A model generated the notes under the pieces. It saw only the letters and a program-made list of their open reading frames with translations. It searched no databases and had not been told where the DNA came from. This document shows positions 1 through 12,400 of a stretch of DNA of 64,000 nt, in pieces. Numbering within the stretch: position 1 is the stretch's first letter; every line of letters starts with the position of its first letter. This stretch comes from Phyllosticta citribraziliensis. Its lineage: Eukaryota. Made by a program: the position numbers and the translations under genes. The DNA lies in the NCBI RefSeq assembly GCF_038025025.1, contig NW_027117341.1:558001-622000 (forward strand). The letters are read 5' to 3'.

Positions 1-243
1 TAGCTGGTCCAAGCAAATCCGTGAGCATAATCGCGCTCAGAAGGAGGAGTCTTAGAGCAGCCGATTCAATCAATCAACCAATCACACTCAATGAATTGTC
101 AGTCATAGTTGTGAGGACGCATGGTCATACATTCCACTTGTTATGAGTAGCTTTTAGAGTGATGTATAAGAAACGATCAAAGGAGACGTCTACGAGACTA
201 TTTCTAAATCTATGTCTATCTGGAGCCGCTGTCCTGCTCTGTA

Positions 244-1441
244 CTAAACTGCTTCCAACATCTCTCTATACCTCCTGACCCGATCCTCCACTCTATCCCC
301 GTTCCACACTTCTCCAGGTTCCAACTGTGGCATGCCCACTTGTTCGATACAAAAGCTTGCCGCGACGTTTCCCCACACGGCAGCCTCCTCCAAGTTTTGA
401 ACACCGGAGGAGGCACCACCTCTGACCAAGCCCACTGCCAGCCCTCCGAGGAAGCCATTGCCACCACCTGTAGGGTCGACAACTTTGGACGGATCGCGAT
501 GATAAGCGGGCAACCAAAGCTTTTTACTGCGTGAGGCCACGTAGCAACCGTCCTTGCCCGCCCGCACAACTACAGCTCCGCTGCCATCTTCTCCTATGCC
601 AGACGCCAGCCATTTTTCGCAGCAGTCTTGAACGGCCTCCCTGTCGACATCTCCATTCGCTTGAGTGGTACTTTGACCATAAAAGTCGCCAAGCTCCCCG
701 TGGTTGGGACTCACGACATGCACGTGCCGCAATGCTTGCATGCAGGTTTCGAGCTCTTCGGGCGTGCAAAGATCCGGGACAGGCTCCCAAATGAAGAGGG
801 GTGAAGGCAGCGATCTGTCCGTGTGCACAGAGAGGTCCTTGCGGCGTCGAAGAATGTTTGCAGCCAGGTCCATGGCTCGAGAGGGCGAGCAGATGAGATG
901 GTAGGATTTGGATTCCAGGAGATTGTCGTCGAGTGAATCGTGATCAATCCGGAGCTTGGGTGTAAGATATTTGAAAGCTGGGAGAACTTAGATGAAGCGA
1001 GAAGATGTGACTCAACAAGAACGAGGCCGAGGTTGCGTATGAAAAGGATCAAATGAAAATGCCTACCTCTATGCTCGTTCTCCCCATAGCCGTTCCAGCC
1101 CCTGGTGGTCAATCGATCAGGTGTTTGCCTAAACAGGCAATGCGTATCCCAAGATTCAATCGTCTGGCGGACCTGGGCTGGGAAATCCGAACCCTCATCT
1201 ACAATCCAACCGACGGAGGTGGACAAGGGTGGTGGAGACATGATTCGGGCGCCCATGGCTGAGTAGGCGCCAGCGCCGCCAATGACATCTCTGACGGGAG
1301 GCTTTGGAGGCAGGAATTCAATGTCGTCTGCAAAGCATGCACTCAGGAAATGGCTTGGGGTGCTGGAGATGGAGACGCGGTACCGAGGATGAACATGCCC
1401 AGGCTGACAAAGTCGATGGCGGGAGCATCGTCGTCGGCCAT
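244..1441 (-). CDS. MAK32: pfkB/ribokinase-family carbohydrate kinase (Mak32-like); exons 1441-1384, 1327-1067, 977-244 (350 aa)
   Basis: N-terminal FVSLGMFILDDI and DVIGGAGAYSAMGAR; VVSPNHGE; pfkB C-terminal signature VVDPTGGGNGFLGG. GT-AG introns give 1053 nt, divisible by 3. Confidence 0.85.
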
Positions 1442-1992
1442 GTTGATGTAGGAGAGGGTGTCGAGAAGGGTCGACACGGGAAGGGGAGGTTCGGAAGTAT
1501 CTCTGTCCAGATGCTGCATGAAGGCGGCGGTGTCGCGGAGTCGGTCACAAACGGCGTCACGGTGCAGCGGACGGGAGGACTGGTGGACGCGGCGCCGGCA
1601 GATCGGCCTCGCGTCGGCCACCTCACCTCACCGGCAAGTCAACAGGGAGAGCCCAAGCTTGGAGCTGAGGGCACCACCTGTCTCCCTTCCGTTCTCTTCG
1701 ACGGCACCTTGGCTCTGCACCCTCTACGTAGACCAAACCATTCCAAACCGTCTGCCTGTCATTTGTGTTGACTTTCTTTCATCCAGCGCCCTTTCACCCC
1801 GCTGCTGCCTGTCTCACCTCTGCCGCCGACCTCCACCGCTGCTGCTCGTCCGTTAAAGGGATCGGATCACCTCCCCGACCACCGCATCAACCTCAAAAAT
1901 CCACCTCTCCTACTCCCACAACCAGCAAGCTCCATCGCCGTTCCTGCCTCTCAGTCCGCACCACCCCGCGGCCCTCTCCCGCGACTGCCGCC

Positions 1993-3863
1993 ATGGCGCA
2001 GAACAACATGCACAACCTGACCACCCTCATCAAGCGGTAATCCTCCACCCTCTTCCCTCTCCCCGCAATGGACCCCGACGACAAAGACCTCCAGTCCCGC
2101 GGGGCTCGCAGGGTCTCGTTCAAGCTCGACGTCTTTACTAACTTCGCAATCAGACTCGAGGCCGCAACCTCGCGCTTGGAGGACATTGCCTCTTCCACCT
2201 TTGAAAAGACTGGCGCCCCCAATGCCGCTCCCATCGCTGCTACGCCCGCCGGCGCGCCTCCGTCTGCCCCTGGAGCGCCCACCCCCGCCGCTCCCGCAAA
2301 GGAGCAAGCTCCTCCCATGATTGAGGCATTCGACGCCCTCATTGACTCGGATTTGAAAGACTTTGTGGATCGGAGCAAGCAATTCGGTGGGACCATTGCT
2401 GAGCAGGTACACAGCGGATGAATTGTACAGGAAGCCACGGCTCTAACGATTCCAGGCCCAAGCGCTCGCCGAGGCCTTTGCTGCCCAGCGCCAATATCTC
2501 GTCGTCTCGACCAAGGCCAAGAAGCCAGACATGACTTCGACTGCGTTCTTGGAACTGCTCAAGGACCTCCAAGGCGCCATGGAGAAGGTGGATCAGATTA
2601 AGCAGGTCAACAGAGAACCAGAGATCAAGAGCCACCTCACCATGGTCGCGGACGGTGTGGGCGTCTTGGCATGGGTTACGATGGAGGTGAAGCCCGCGGA
2701 CACTGCGGCGGAACTCTTTGGTGGCGCTCAGATGTACGGAAACAAGGTGCTGAAGGAGTATAAGGAGAAGTCAGTCTTTCCGCTTTCTCCCTTGTTTGAT
2801 TGCTAACGGTAAGCAGGGACAAGAATCACGTCGAATGGGTCCAGTCTTTCTACAAGCTCTTCAAGTCTCTCATCGCGTACATCAAGGAGCACCACCCTCG
2901 GGGCGTTCAATTCAACCAATCCGGTATTGACGCCGCAGAAGCTCTCCGCCAGGTCAAGTCGAATGGCACCAATGGCGTCCCTCCTCCGGCCCCCGGTGCT
3001 GCAGCTGGCGGCGTTCCCCCACCTCCTCCTCCGCCGCTCCCCAACTTTGACAACATCCCTCCGCCCCCACCTCCGCCGCCAGCTGGTGGTCCTCCAGGCA
3101 ATCGCGCCGGCCAAGCAGACATGGGCGCCGTATTCGAGCAGTTGAACAGGGGCGAGACAATCACCTCGTCTTTGCGCAAGGTAGACGATAGCATGAAGAC
3201 GCACAAGAACCCCTCGCTGCGGGCCAGTACAGTGGTGCCTGAGCGCAGTGATAGTCTCAGTGCGCGGAGCAAATCGCCCGCGCCGCCGGGCAAGAAGCCC
3301 AAACCAGATGCGTTTAGGGCCAAGAAGCCGGAGAAGAAGGTGCTGGATGGCAGCAAGTGGATCATTGTGAGTTTCAACAGCTTCGCCTGTGCTGAAACGG
3401 ATCTGACCACGCTCAGGAAAACTTTGACAACCCTCCCGCCCCGATTGAAATCGAAGCCACGATAGTTCAGTCAATTCTGATTTCGCGCTGCAAAAACACG
3501 ACGATCCGCATCATTGGCAAGGCCAATGCCATTAGCATCGACAACAGCGTACGCGCGAGCATCATCCTGGACTCGCTCGTCTCGGCCGTCGACGTCATCA
3601 AGTGCCCCAACTTTGCGCTGCAAGTGCTTGGCACGCTGCCGACCATCATGCTCGACCAGGTCGACGGCGCGGCCGTGTACCTCAGCCGCGAGAGCCTCAA
3701 CACCGAGGTCTTCACCAGCAAGTGCACCAGCATCAACGTCAACCTGCCGCCGCGCGAGGGCGACGAGGAGGGCGATTACGCCGAGATGCCCATTCCTGAA
3801 CAGGTCAGGAGTTTTATCCGCAACGGCAAGTTGGTCAGTGAGATTGTTGAGCACGCTGGTTGA
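1993..3863 (+). CDS. SRV2: Adenylyl cyclase-associated protein CAP/Srv2; introns 2037-2153, 2407-2455, 2770-2816, 3367-3416 (535 aa)
   Basis: LIKRLEAATSRLEDIA coiled coil, poly-Pro region, WH2-like LRKVDDSMKTHKNPSLR, C-terminal CARP domain ending SEIVEHAG. Spliced length 1608 nt. Confidence 0.97.
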
Positions 3864-4750
3864 GCGCAGAGGTGCTGTGGCTTGGAAATCGTTTGGATTG
3901 TTTGAAGTCCTTTGAGATGAGGAAAAATCGAGCAACCCAGTTCAGCGCTTCTACGTAGGTAGCATCTGGGCTTGGTCTTGTACTGTACGATGCTGGAGCA
4001 GCGACGGTGGTGGCATGGTTAACTATTGGGCTGAGCTCTTTGGACCAGACGGCGACCGACGCGAAGTAAAGCAAAGCGTTGGGCGAACCGCTTTTGGGTG
4101 CGTCTTGGTGTTTGTGCTAGATGTGCATATATTTCAATATTGCTTGGATCTTGTTCTTGTCCTCGTTCTCGTTCTTGTACTTTACTGCTTGCTTGCATAT
4201 TTTGTTTGCCGGTGTCTCTGTCTGTTTCTTGGGTCGTTTGTCATGTCACTGGTTGACTGTCTCTGCCTGCGTCGTGTGCTTCTTCTCTTCCCTTCCGCAC
4301 GCACGCGAGGTGTTTGCGGCGTTGTTTGCTGCTTGGTTGTTGTCTTGCTTTGTGTTTGTTTAGGGTGGCGTGGTGTAGTGAGTGAGCCAGGGAGTGTGTT
4401 GGGGTTGAGTGTGTGCGTGGGGACTGAGGGAGGGTACGGTAGCATGGAGTCTGAAGTCTGAAACAATGAGATGAGGCTTTTGGGATAGGTAGGTAGAATG
4501 GAGAGTAGCGTGGACGCTGTCTGCATAACCAACTGTCTCTTCATCCACCCCTTCGTTCTCTCTTACTTGGTCAATCTGCATAGGATGGTAGCGGTGCTCC
4601 CCGAGGCGCACGACACACTACCTATTTATATGCCGGTGCTCCGTCCGTACCCATAATAGTCTACGGAACCAGCGTCTCTTCCTACCTAGGCACCCACTTG
4701 CCTACAACCTACCCGGTGCTTGTGTGTCCACAGCGTCAGCGTCAGCATCA

Positions 4751-4751
<1 letters not shown>

Positions 4752-4793
<42 letters not shown>
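4752..4793. repeat. (CGT)14 microsatellite
   Basis: Perfect trinucleotide run, preceded by degenerate GCGTCA units. Confidence 0.95.
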
Positions 4794-5400
4794 GCATCTG
4801 TCTTCATAGAGAGATCTACACGTCCCTAGTTCGGCTCGTCACGGATGGCAAACAAGTAAACAGGCAGGCAAGGCGCAAGGCCACGATTACAAAATGCACA
4901 TTTATGTCCTTTCCAACTGCTGTACATGACTGTCCTCGTATCACCATGTTGCGGAAACCTCGAGAGGCAGCAGCGGGTCGGCGGCAGTGCGTGTCACCTG
5001 TGTAGGGCCGTAGATGGATGTTGACTCTTGACTCTCTGGTGTAGGAGCCTTTCTACATGGAGACGAGAGCTACAGCGCCGCATGTCACAAACAGACTACT
5101 GTAGATAAACGAGACGGCAGTGTCAAAACACGTTCCTTCGCTTTTCTTCTTCCTACTACATGCTACATGAGATATGCGTACAGCAGAGGACCGGCTCGGT
5201 ACCACGGTGGTTTCCCAAACATCTCCTGCTCTTTTCCATAACTAAGCCCAGCCCGCGCGAGACCCGTGCCAGACGGCTCATGTGGTCCTCTGACCGACGC
5301 GAGAGTGCGAGGGAACGGCAGGATCAGGGCACCACAGCCGCACAGCTGTCCGTCTGTCCGAAGAGAGTCGTCCTTCTCGTGCCCAACCACAGCCGCGAGC

Positions 5401-6682
5401 TCAAAACAACAGCATCCGCGCGTCAGTCTCGTCAGCCGCCTTCTTCTTCTCGGCCGGACTGCCCTGCGCAAAGAACAAAATCTTGATCGCGACCGCCAGG
5501 CCGGCATGCAAGATGATGACGAGCACGAGCAGGACGCGGCTGGTCTTGTGGTCCGTGGCGCTCAGGACGGGCCACAGGTTGCGGAACAGGAAGAAGCCCG
5601 AGACGGCGAAGCCGGCGCCGACGAAGACGTAGTTGAGGATGGTGACGGGCGACCACGAGATCAGCGCCACCGGGATCCAGATGATGTTGGCGTAGCCGTA
5701 GAGCGCCCAGCATTCGAGGATCGAGGCCGACGACGGTGTTGCTGAGAGGTTGTTGGCGTCGTTGGATGTGCTGGATGAGCTGCTGAACCAGCGCAATGCG
5801 CCCCATAGTCCCAGCGGGAGCAGCGCGGTGTAGCCGTAGATCAGACCTGCGCCGCCTGAGATGCGTGTTAGTTGGACCCGTCAGATCAGCTGGTGGGGAG
5901 AAGCGCACCACTCAACAACCGAAAATCGTAGGGGAAGTGTTCTTCCCCACGATGCGCCAGCCACTGTGACATGGTGCCCGTAAGAAACAGGATCATGACG
6001 ACCGTCGTCGCGATCCACACCGGGCCATACAGGTCCGGGTTGCCGTCCAGCACGTCGAGAAAGTTTGTCCGCGGGAAGACGGCCGCCCAGCACCGCCGCA
6101 TCACCTCGTTCGTGTCCACGTCGAAGAATTGCTGGTAGTATCCGATGCTCCAGAGGTAGCGCTTGGACGACGGGTTGCTGCCACCACCACCGCCGCCGCC
6201 GCCGCTGCTGCTGCCGCCGTCGACGCCTCTCGCGCGGCCGCCTTGCTGCCCAGACGAACTGCCGCCATTGTTGTTGGTGTTGCCTACGCTGTCGGGTGCG
6301 ATTTTTCCCGTGCCGCTGGTCGAGCTTTCAAAGTCTGCGGGGAGAGACATTAACGGGGTGATTCCTTTCTTTTTCCTCCTTCTGTTGCTCCAGCAAGTGG
6401 GGATCTCGGAGGTGTAGGAGGAAGCGCAAGAACAGGACACATGTCAAATGGACGTACTCGACGGGTGGAACTCGAGATCCTCTTGGAGATCGGTGTGGCC
6501 CAGGTCGCCCTGCGATCATGGTACGCGTCAGCAAAAGAAGTGTTTGGTTCGGATGCGCAGACTTGAAACTGGTCTGTTGCTCGCTCGGGGGAGCAGGTCG
6601 GGAGGGAGATTGGAGGGAAAGTTGGGGGGTGAATTACCTCCTCATCGACATCTACCACGACGTCGTAACCTCGATTTGCCAT
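5401..6682 (-). CDS. Yip1-domain Golgi/ER membrane protein (Yip5/YIPF1-2 type), 4 exons
   Basis: MANRGYDVVVDVDEE|GDLGHTDLQEDLEFH; YYQQFFDVDT; NPDLYGPVWIATT; LYGYANIIWIP; several TM helices. Introns 6637-6510, 6457-6335 and a third near 5850-5908. Confidence 0.92.
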
Positions 6683-7037
6683 ATTCGGGGCTTGTCTTTG
6701 CGCTGCGGTTTGGTGTGAAGCAATGCCGTCGAGCTTGGGAACCTTGGTGGTTAATTGAGAGCTGTCAACTTGCTACCGCCTTTGCACGTGATCGACGCGC
6801 GTGCCGCGAGTCATGGCGTGTGACGTCGACGTCTTTTTTGGCTTCGCGACAAGTCAGATCCGCAGCTTCTTGGATTCCAGTGCTGGGCTCATTAAGGTAC
6901 ATTTTTGAGTGCAGTACCATCAAACTGCGGGAAAGTAGACCCTTGAAAATGGACTCTATTTTGATGCTTTCCTCCGATCCAGTAAACGCCAAGACTACCT
7001 GTAGTCCAAGACAATCCGTCTACCAGACGTAACTTTT

Positions 7038-8467
7038 CTACCTGAATTGACCCACGAAGACGGCGAAAATTTGGCGGGTATTTGCTCCCAAGTGAGATGC
7101 GCCAAGCCTGATCATGCTAGTATACGAGTGGAAAGATTCTGGGTTGCGGCCCAACCACCAAGCCAGCACACCCACTGCCACTGCCAGCCCGAGCCCCCCG
7201 GCCGGCCTTCTGTAACGGTATAGACCAAGCTTGACCCCGCGTGCGAGCGCCTGGACGGCCTTTGCGCGGCGTACCTGGGCCTCGTGCAGCTCGAACAGTT
7301 CCTCGGCGGCCGCCAGCGACTGCGTGGTGAGGCCCTGCGGATCACGCGTTGTCTTGAGAACGCTGTATTGTGATACTTTGCCCCAGGCGCGAAAGGGGAG
7401 GCTCTCGGGTGGAGACCGGGCGAAAAGCGCGTCCGAGTCGGCTATGAGGCTCTCGAGGTCTAGCGGCGAGGGCAGTTTGGACAGAGTAAAATGTAGAATC
7501 TCGGGCTCGTCGGCGGGAATGGCCATGAGCTCGGGGCGACGAGCCAAGATAATGGCAGCAAACAGATAAACGGAGAAGACAGCCTCGCGCGACAGCAAAA
7601 AGTCAAATAGACGGGCAATGTCGCCGTAAGACTGGATATCGTGCGCGTACATTGTGATTGTGGCAGCCAAGGCGAAGAAAGGCTGAGTGGGGCGCAAGTG
7701 GTGGCACAAGGCCGGATCGACGCTGTATATGATGGCAGGCAGCAGGTTCAGGTGGGCGATTGCGGCGTCGAGAGAAGGCAGCATAAAGTCGCGGATGCGC
7801 AGCAGCGAGAGGCGCGTGATTGCGGGCACGGCCAGGCTGGGGCCGAGGACCAGCAGGAAGACTTGGACAATGTCATGGTAGCCTTGAAAGTAGCACAAGA
7901 GGGGGTGGCGGCGGAGGACTTGGGCGATGACGGAAAAGAGCTCCTCTTTGCGCAGGGCGATTTGGTCGTCGGTCTGGTCTGGAAGGCACCGAGGTGGGAC
8001 ATGTCAGTTGTTGCGGTCTGAGGTGAGGGTGCGGCTGTCAGGGCTGCGGTGTAAGCAGAGGCGCACCGTTTGGGTAGTAGACGAAGGAGCGGTTCACGTC
8101 GAGCTTGACCTGCTGCTCGTCTCTGTGGGGTGGGAGGGTGGTGGTCCAGTCGACGGAGGAGGACGAGGACGACGAAGCTGACGAGCCCAGCAACAATGGC
8201 CCTGAAAAGAGAGTTAGAGAGCTGTCGACGGATGGCTGCAGGTGGACACGACATACACGCTTCCCTGCGCACGTCGTCGTCGAGCAGGCCGCCTTGTTCA
8301 GTCGCAAAGGCTCGCAGTTGGTGCAGGTCGGCGTCCCTGCATGCGCGCAAGATCAGCGCGGCCCTGTCCGGATTCGTGGCATGGAGATGGGGTTCGGTCG
8401 GGCTCTGGGGCGGCGGCGGCGGCGGCGTGGCAGAGTCGTGGTCGAGGTCGAGGTCGTCGTGATCCAT
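7038..8467 (-). CDS. GYP8: TBC-domain Rab GTPase-activating protein, Gyp8/TBC1D20-like; exons 8467-8257, 8201-8067, 7978-7038 (428 aa)
   Basis: GGLLDDDVRREAWPLLLG; QVKLDVNRSF (Arg finger); YFQGYHDI (Gln finger); C-terminal hydrophobic anchor GLAVAVGVLAWWLG. Confidence 0.9.
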
Positions 8468-9430
8468 GTTGCATCAGCGGAGCTGCCCCATGCTGCTGGA
8501 GGGACGAGCGTTTGCCGGAGTAGGGCAGGGCGTGAGCGTGGGCGTGGGCGTGGGCGAGTCGCGAGTCGGTTGAGAGCGCCGGAGCTGCGGTGAAGCTGGA
8601 GCCAGAGGCGGGCCAGAGTTCAGGTGACTGAAGAGATGACGGCGACAGGAGGGATGTGACTGGTGATGTCCGGGTGGATTTGATGGGCTGGCGGTGGCAG
8701 TGGAGGCTGAGGTGACGGGATGACGGGAGGCAGGGCAGGGCTGCAAGACGCGCAGCGCAGCAGTCAGCAATGTGATGATACATGTACATAGCTGGTGAAG
8801 TGGACCTGAAGTGGTCGAGAGAAAACGGCACGGGTACAACCTTAATTGCCGCAGTGCTTTGCCATCATGTACAGTCTGGTACCGGTACCGTCGACTACGC
8901 CTGAAGGTTCTGCTTCGCTCGATCGCGCCCCCCTCCCGGCCAGTGCAGTCAGGTCGACGGTTGACCTCCCTCACATTTCATCCATCGACAAAGAAAGTGA
9001 CGGCTCACATCCGCTGGTCAGTCTGCGCCGCCATCAACCTGACGAAAAATTAAAAATAAAAAAACAACCCTTCTGCTCCCTCCAACCCAATCCGAGCGCC
9101 TGCATCTCCTCCCGCCGTCCGCACCGCTCCATTCGTGCGGGTCCGTCCTCTCGTACCCTCTCGTCTCTTTTCCACCACCTACATATCTCCATCACCAACC
9201 GTCTCCTCTCCCCTTGGCTGACATGGGCTGAGTCCATCATGTCACAGGAAGTGCCGCAAACCCCCGTTTCAACCTTGCTGCTTGCCATTTTCTGTCTCTG
9301 TCTTACCGCCTCCACGCTCCCAACCTCTCGCCGCCTCGACAAACCTCCCCCGCCAAGCCACTTTCGTTTCCACTCGTCCACTTTCTCTCTGACATCTTCT
9401 TGATCTGGCCGCCGGTTTCGAATTCCCGCC

Positions 9431-12400
9431 ATGGCTCTCCAGACGGGCGTCTTGGAAAATGGCCAGTGGGTCACGAGAAACGTCGACATTTACCAGCTCC
9501 TGGCCCTCCAAAACCGCCTCAGAGAAGATCAACCTCCCAGGAATCCGGCCCCCGCCGAACCTGCCATGGAGCAACCCACAGTCGGCCTCTTGTCGCGCAC
9601 CATTCTGCGGAGCCCCATCATCAACTGGATCATCCCCGCCCGCATACGCCACCGCGAGAAAAACGACGTGGTATTCATTGGCGAGGACTTTATCCATCTC
9701 AAACAAGTCTTGCCAGACGCAACTTTGCGCCATGTTTGCACAAAAACAAACTTTGGCTCCCGCATTCGAGCCGCCAGGATTTTTGGAGAGCCGCGAAAAT
9801 TCATACATCCCGACTTTCAGCATCTATCTTCCCCCGAGCTAGCAGCTCAACAAGACAGCGAATCCGATGATTCAGTCCCTCCTCAATTTCTGGCCGTCAC
9901 CCTCGAGTCCCGCGAGTTGGTCTTCATGTTTGCTACCGAAGGCGAGGACGGGTGCATCAAATGGACCGAGACCAGCATTCCACTTCATCCCGACGTCTCC
10001 GTGTTGGAATCTCCAGGCAAGCATCTCGCTGTGGATCCGCGCTCGCGCGCTCTTGCCGTTGGTTCATCGTGCAACTGCATTTTGCTCTATTCCGCCAAGA
10101 GCATGTCCCAGCTGCGACAGAGCATGCCTGACGATCCGACGGTCGACTGGTGGACGCCGTTGGTGACCGAGATGCCCATTCAGGTCCGAGGCGTTATTTT
10201 GAAAATGGAGTTCCTCTTTCCCGATCCCAAACACGATTCTCAAGTCATCCTAATAGTCTTGTACGCCAGGCACGGCAGGACAAGAATGTCGTGCTATGTA
10301 TGGGATCACAATCTCTCGCCAAAGACCATCAAAACCGTCCTAGAAGGTTATCCAATTTCTTCGGGTAGGGCGACCCATCAAAGCTAATACTGCCTCGTCT
10401 TCTAACATCTACTAGGACAACGGCGTCCTCAGCTTCTCATGCCCTTGCAACAGGGGTTGTCATTTGTCCTGGTCGGCAAAAAAGACGTAGATCTCTACCA
10501 AAACATCACAACTCAGCCGACGAGGATACCCACCAGCCTGGCCAATCCTGAACCCCCAAGGTTTCCAGGCAACTCAAAACGCTTCCCCGTGTGGACCTCA
10601 TGGGCACGGACCGACAGGAACTTTGGGAGACATGACGAGAATTTCTACCTCATCCGGGAAGATGGGGTTGTAAACTACCTGACAGTCAACTCTCGAAGCG
10701 GCGCCCTGACGAGCAATGCTGGACATTTCAATTGCAATGTTTCTACAGCATTTGCCAGCCTGGATGTTGGCCCTGCCTTGGACGCCCCTGATGTGCTGAT
10801 AGCTGCTGGCGAGTCTTCTCAAGGAGAAATAGTCAAGGTGCGTTTCTTTTGAATTCTGATGGGAGGTTATGGCTCAAGTTTTATAGATTGGCCAGTGGAA
10901 AGACGAGATTTCCCAGACGGATAGAAATCTCGCTTCCAGACGCTACAAGACACGCGCGCAGGTCATGGAGCCCGACTTCATTTCGTCGGTTCCCAACTGG
11001 TCACCGACACTGGATTTTATCGTGGCCAACCAACCGAGTAAAAAGACAGGTATCGCCTCGACTCGAAAGCGCATCATATCGACCTCTGGCCGCTCCCCGT
11101 ATGGCTCCGTGTCGGAACTCAGAACAGGCTTCAACGCAAAAATCGGGCTTTTTGAAGAAGATTCAATATTTTCCGGGGTTACGGGACTCTGGTCACTCCC
11201 GGATGCAAACGATCGTGGTGTTTTCTTTCTCCTGTCCCTTCCCGTCGCGAGCGAACTCTTACACATCTCCGATGACGCCCAGCAACTAGACATGGGGTAC
11301 GACGAGGAGACTTGCGGTCTGGATCTTTCAGTCGGGACTCTGATATGTGCCAATATTGAAAAGGGCATGGCTTTGCAGATAACTTCGCGTTCGCTGGTCG
11401 TCGTCGAAACATCAACATCAAGATCTGACCAGGTTTTGCCCAGGAAAGCCACATGGCGGCTCGATGATGAAGAAATCCTTGCTGCATCCATTTCGCCTGA
11501 ATACTCGACCGTGTATTATGCAGTACGAAGTCCCGATGGTTTTTCGATCCGGACCATGAGGCTCGAGGCAAGAGGAGAAGAGGTCAAATTTGAGGCTGCA
11601 GGCGCAAAACCATTGCAATCGGATCCTACTTGCGTTCAGTTTCTCTGGGCTAAATCGAAGAGCCTACTCCTCTGCGCGACTGCGGATGGCTTGATTCAAC
11701 TACACGAAATTCACCTCGATGGCTCTCTTGGCGATATCATAATGTCACAAAACGTCCAGGGAGGCGCAGCTCCGGGATCACTTGCTGCATGCCAAAGTGC
11801 AGTCATCATTCGCAGCCCCTACAAGTCGTCTGGCAAGACGAGCATGGCTCTGGTCTGTGGACTTCGCAACGGCGAGGTTTACACGGTAGACATGTCTGAG
11901 ATCACCCAGAACGGATTCTCGAGTGAAGACATGAAATCCCCAAAGCTAAAACATCGAGAGGGCCATGGAACTCTGCGGTTCGGCAAGACTAAGCGCACAA
12001 GCCTTGGACACACCCCTGTTGTGCTGTTCGAGGACCCTGAAACTGGACCAGTTGGCGGATTTGCCACTTGCGGATCCGAATTCCATCGTCTTGGCCTCAA
12101 TTCAGTGGACAAGACGGGCCTGGAAATCACAAATATCTGGTTGACGGACCGCAGGCGGCCGTACTTGCAGCAAAACCAGATTTCTGCAATTTGCCGCATT
12201 CCCCGCGAGCCATGCCTGGTAAGAGGGCTTGGCGGGGCGTTGATGTGCATTTCCGGGTCTGCCATCTACATTGTGCATCTCGGAGAAGAAAAGCACATGG
12301 TCCCCCGAAACATTCCAGTCAGAGGTTCTCCAAACCGAGTCGTCAGCTGCCCAAGCTTAAAGGCTCTATTTGTGGCTTGCAATGAGCCAGTGGCGTTTGA

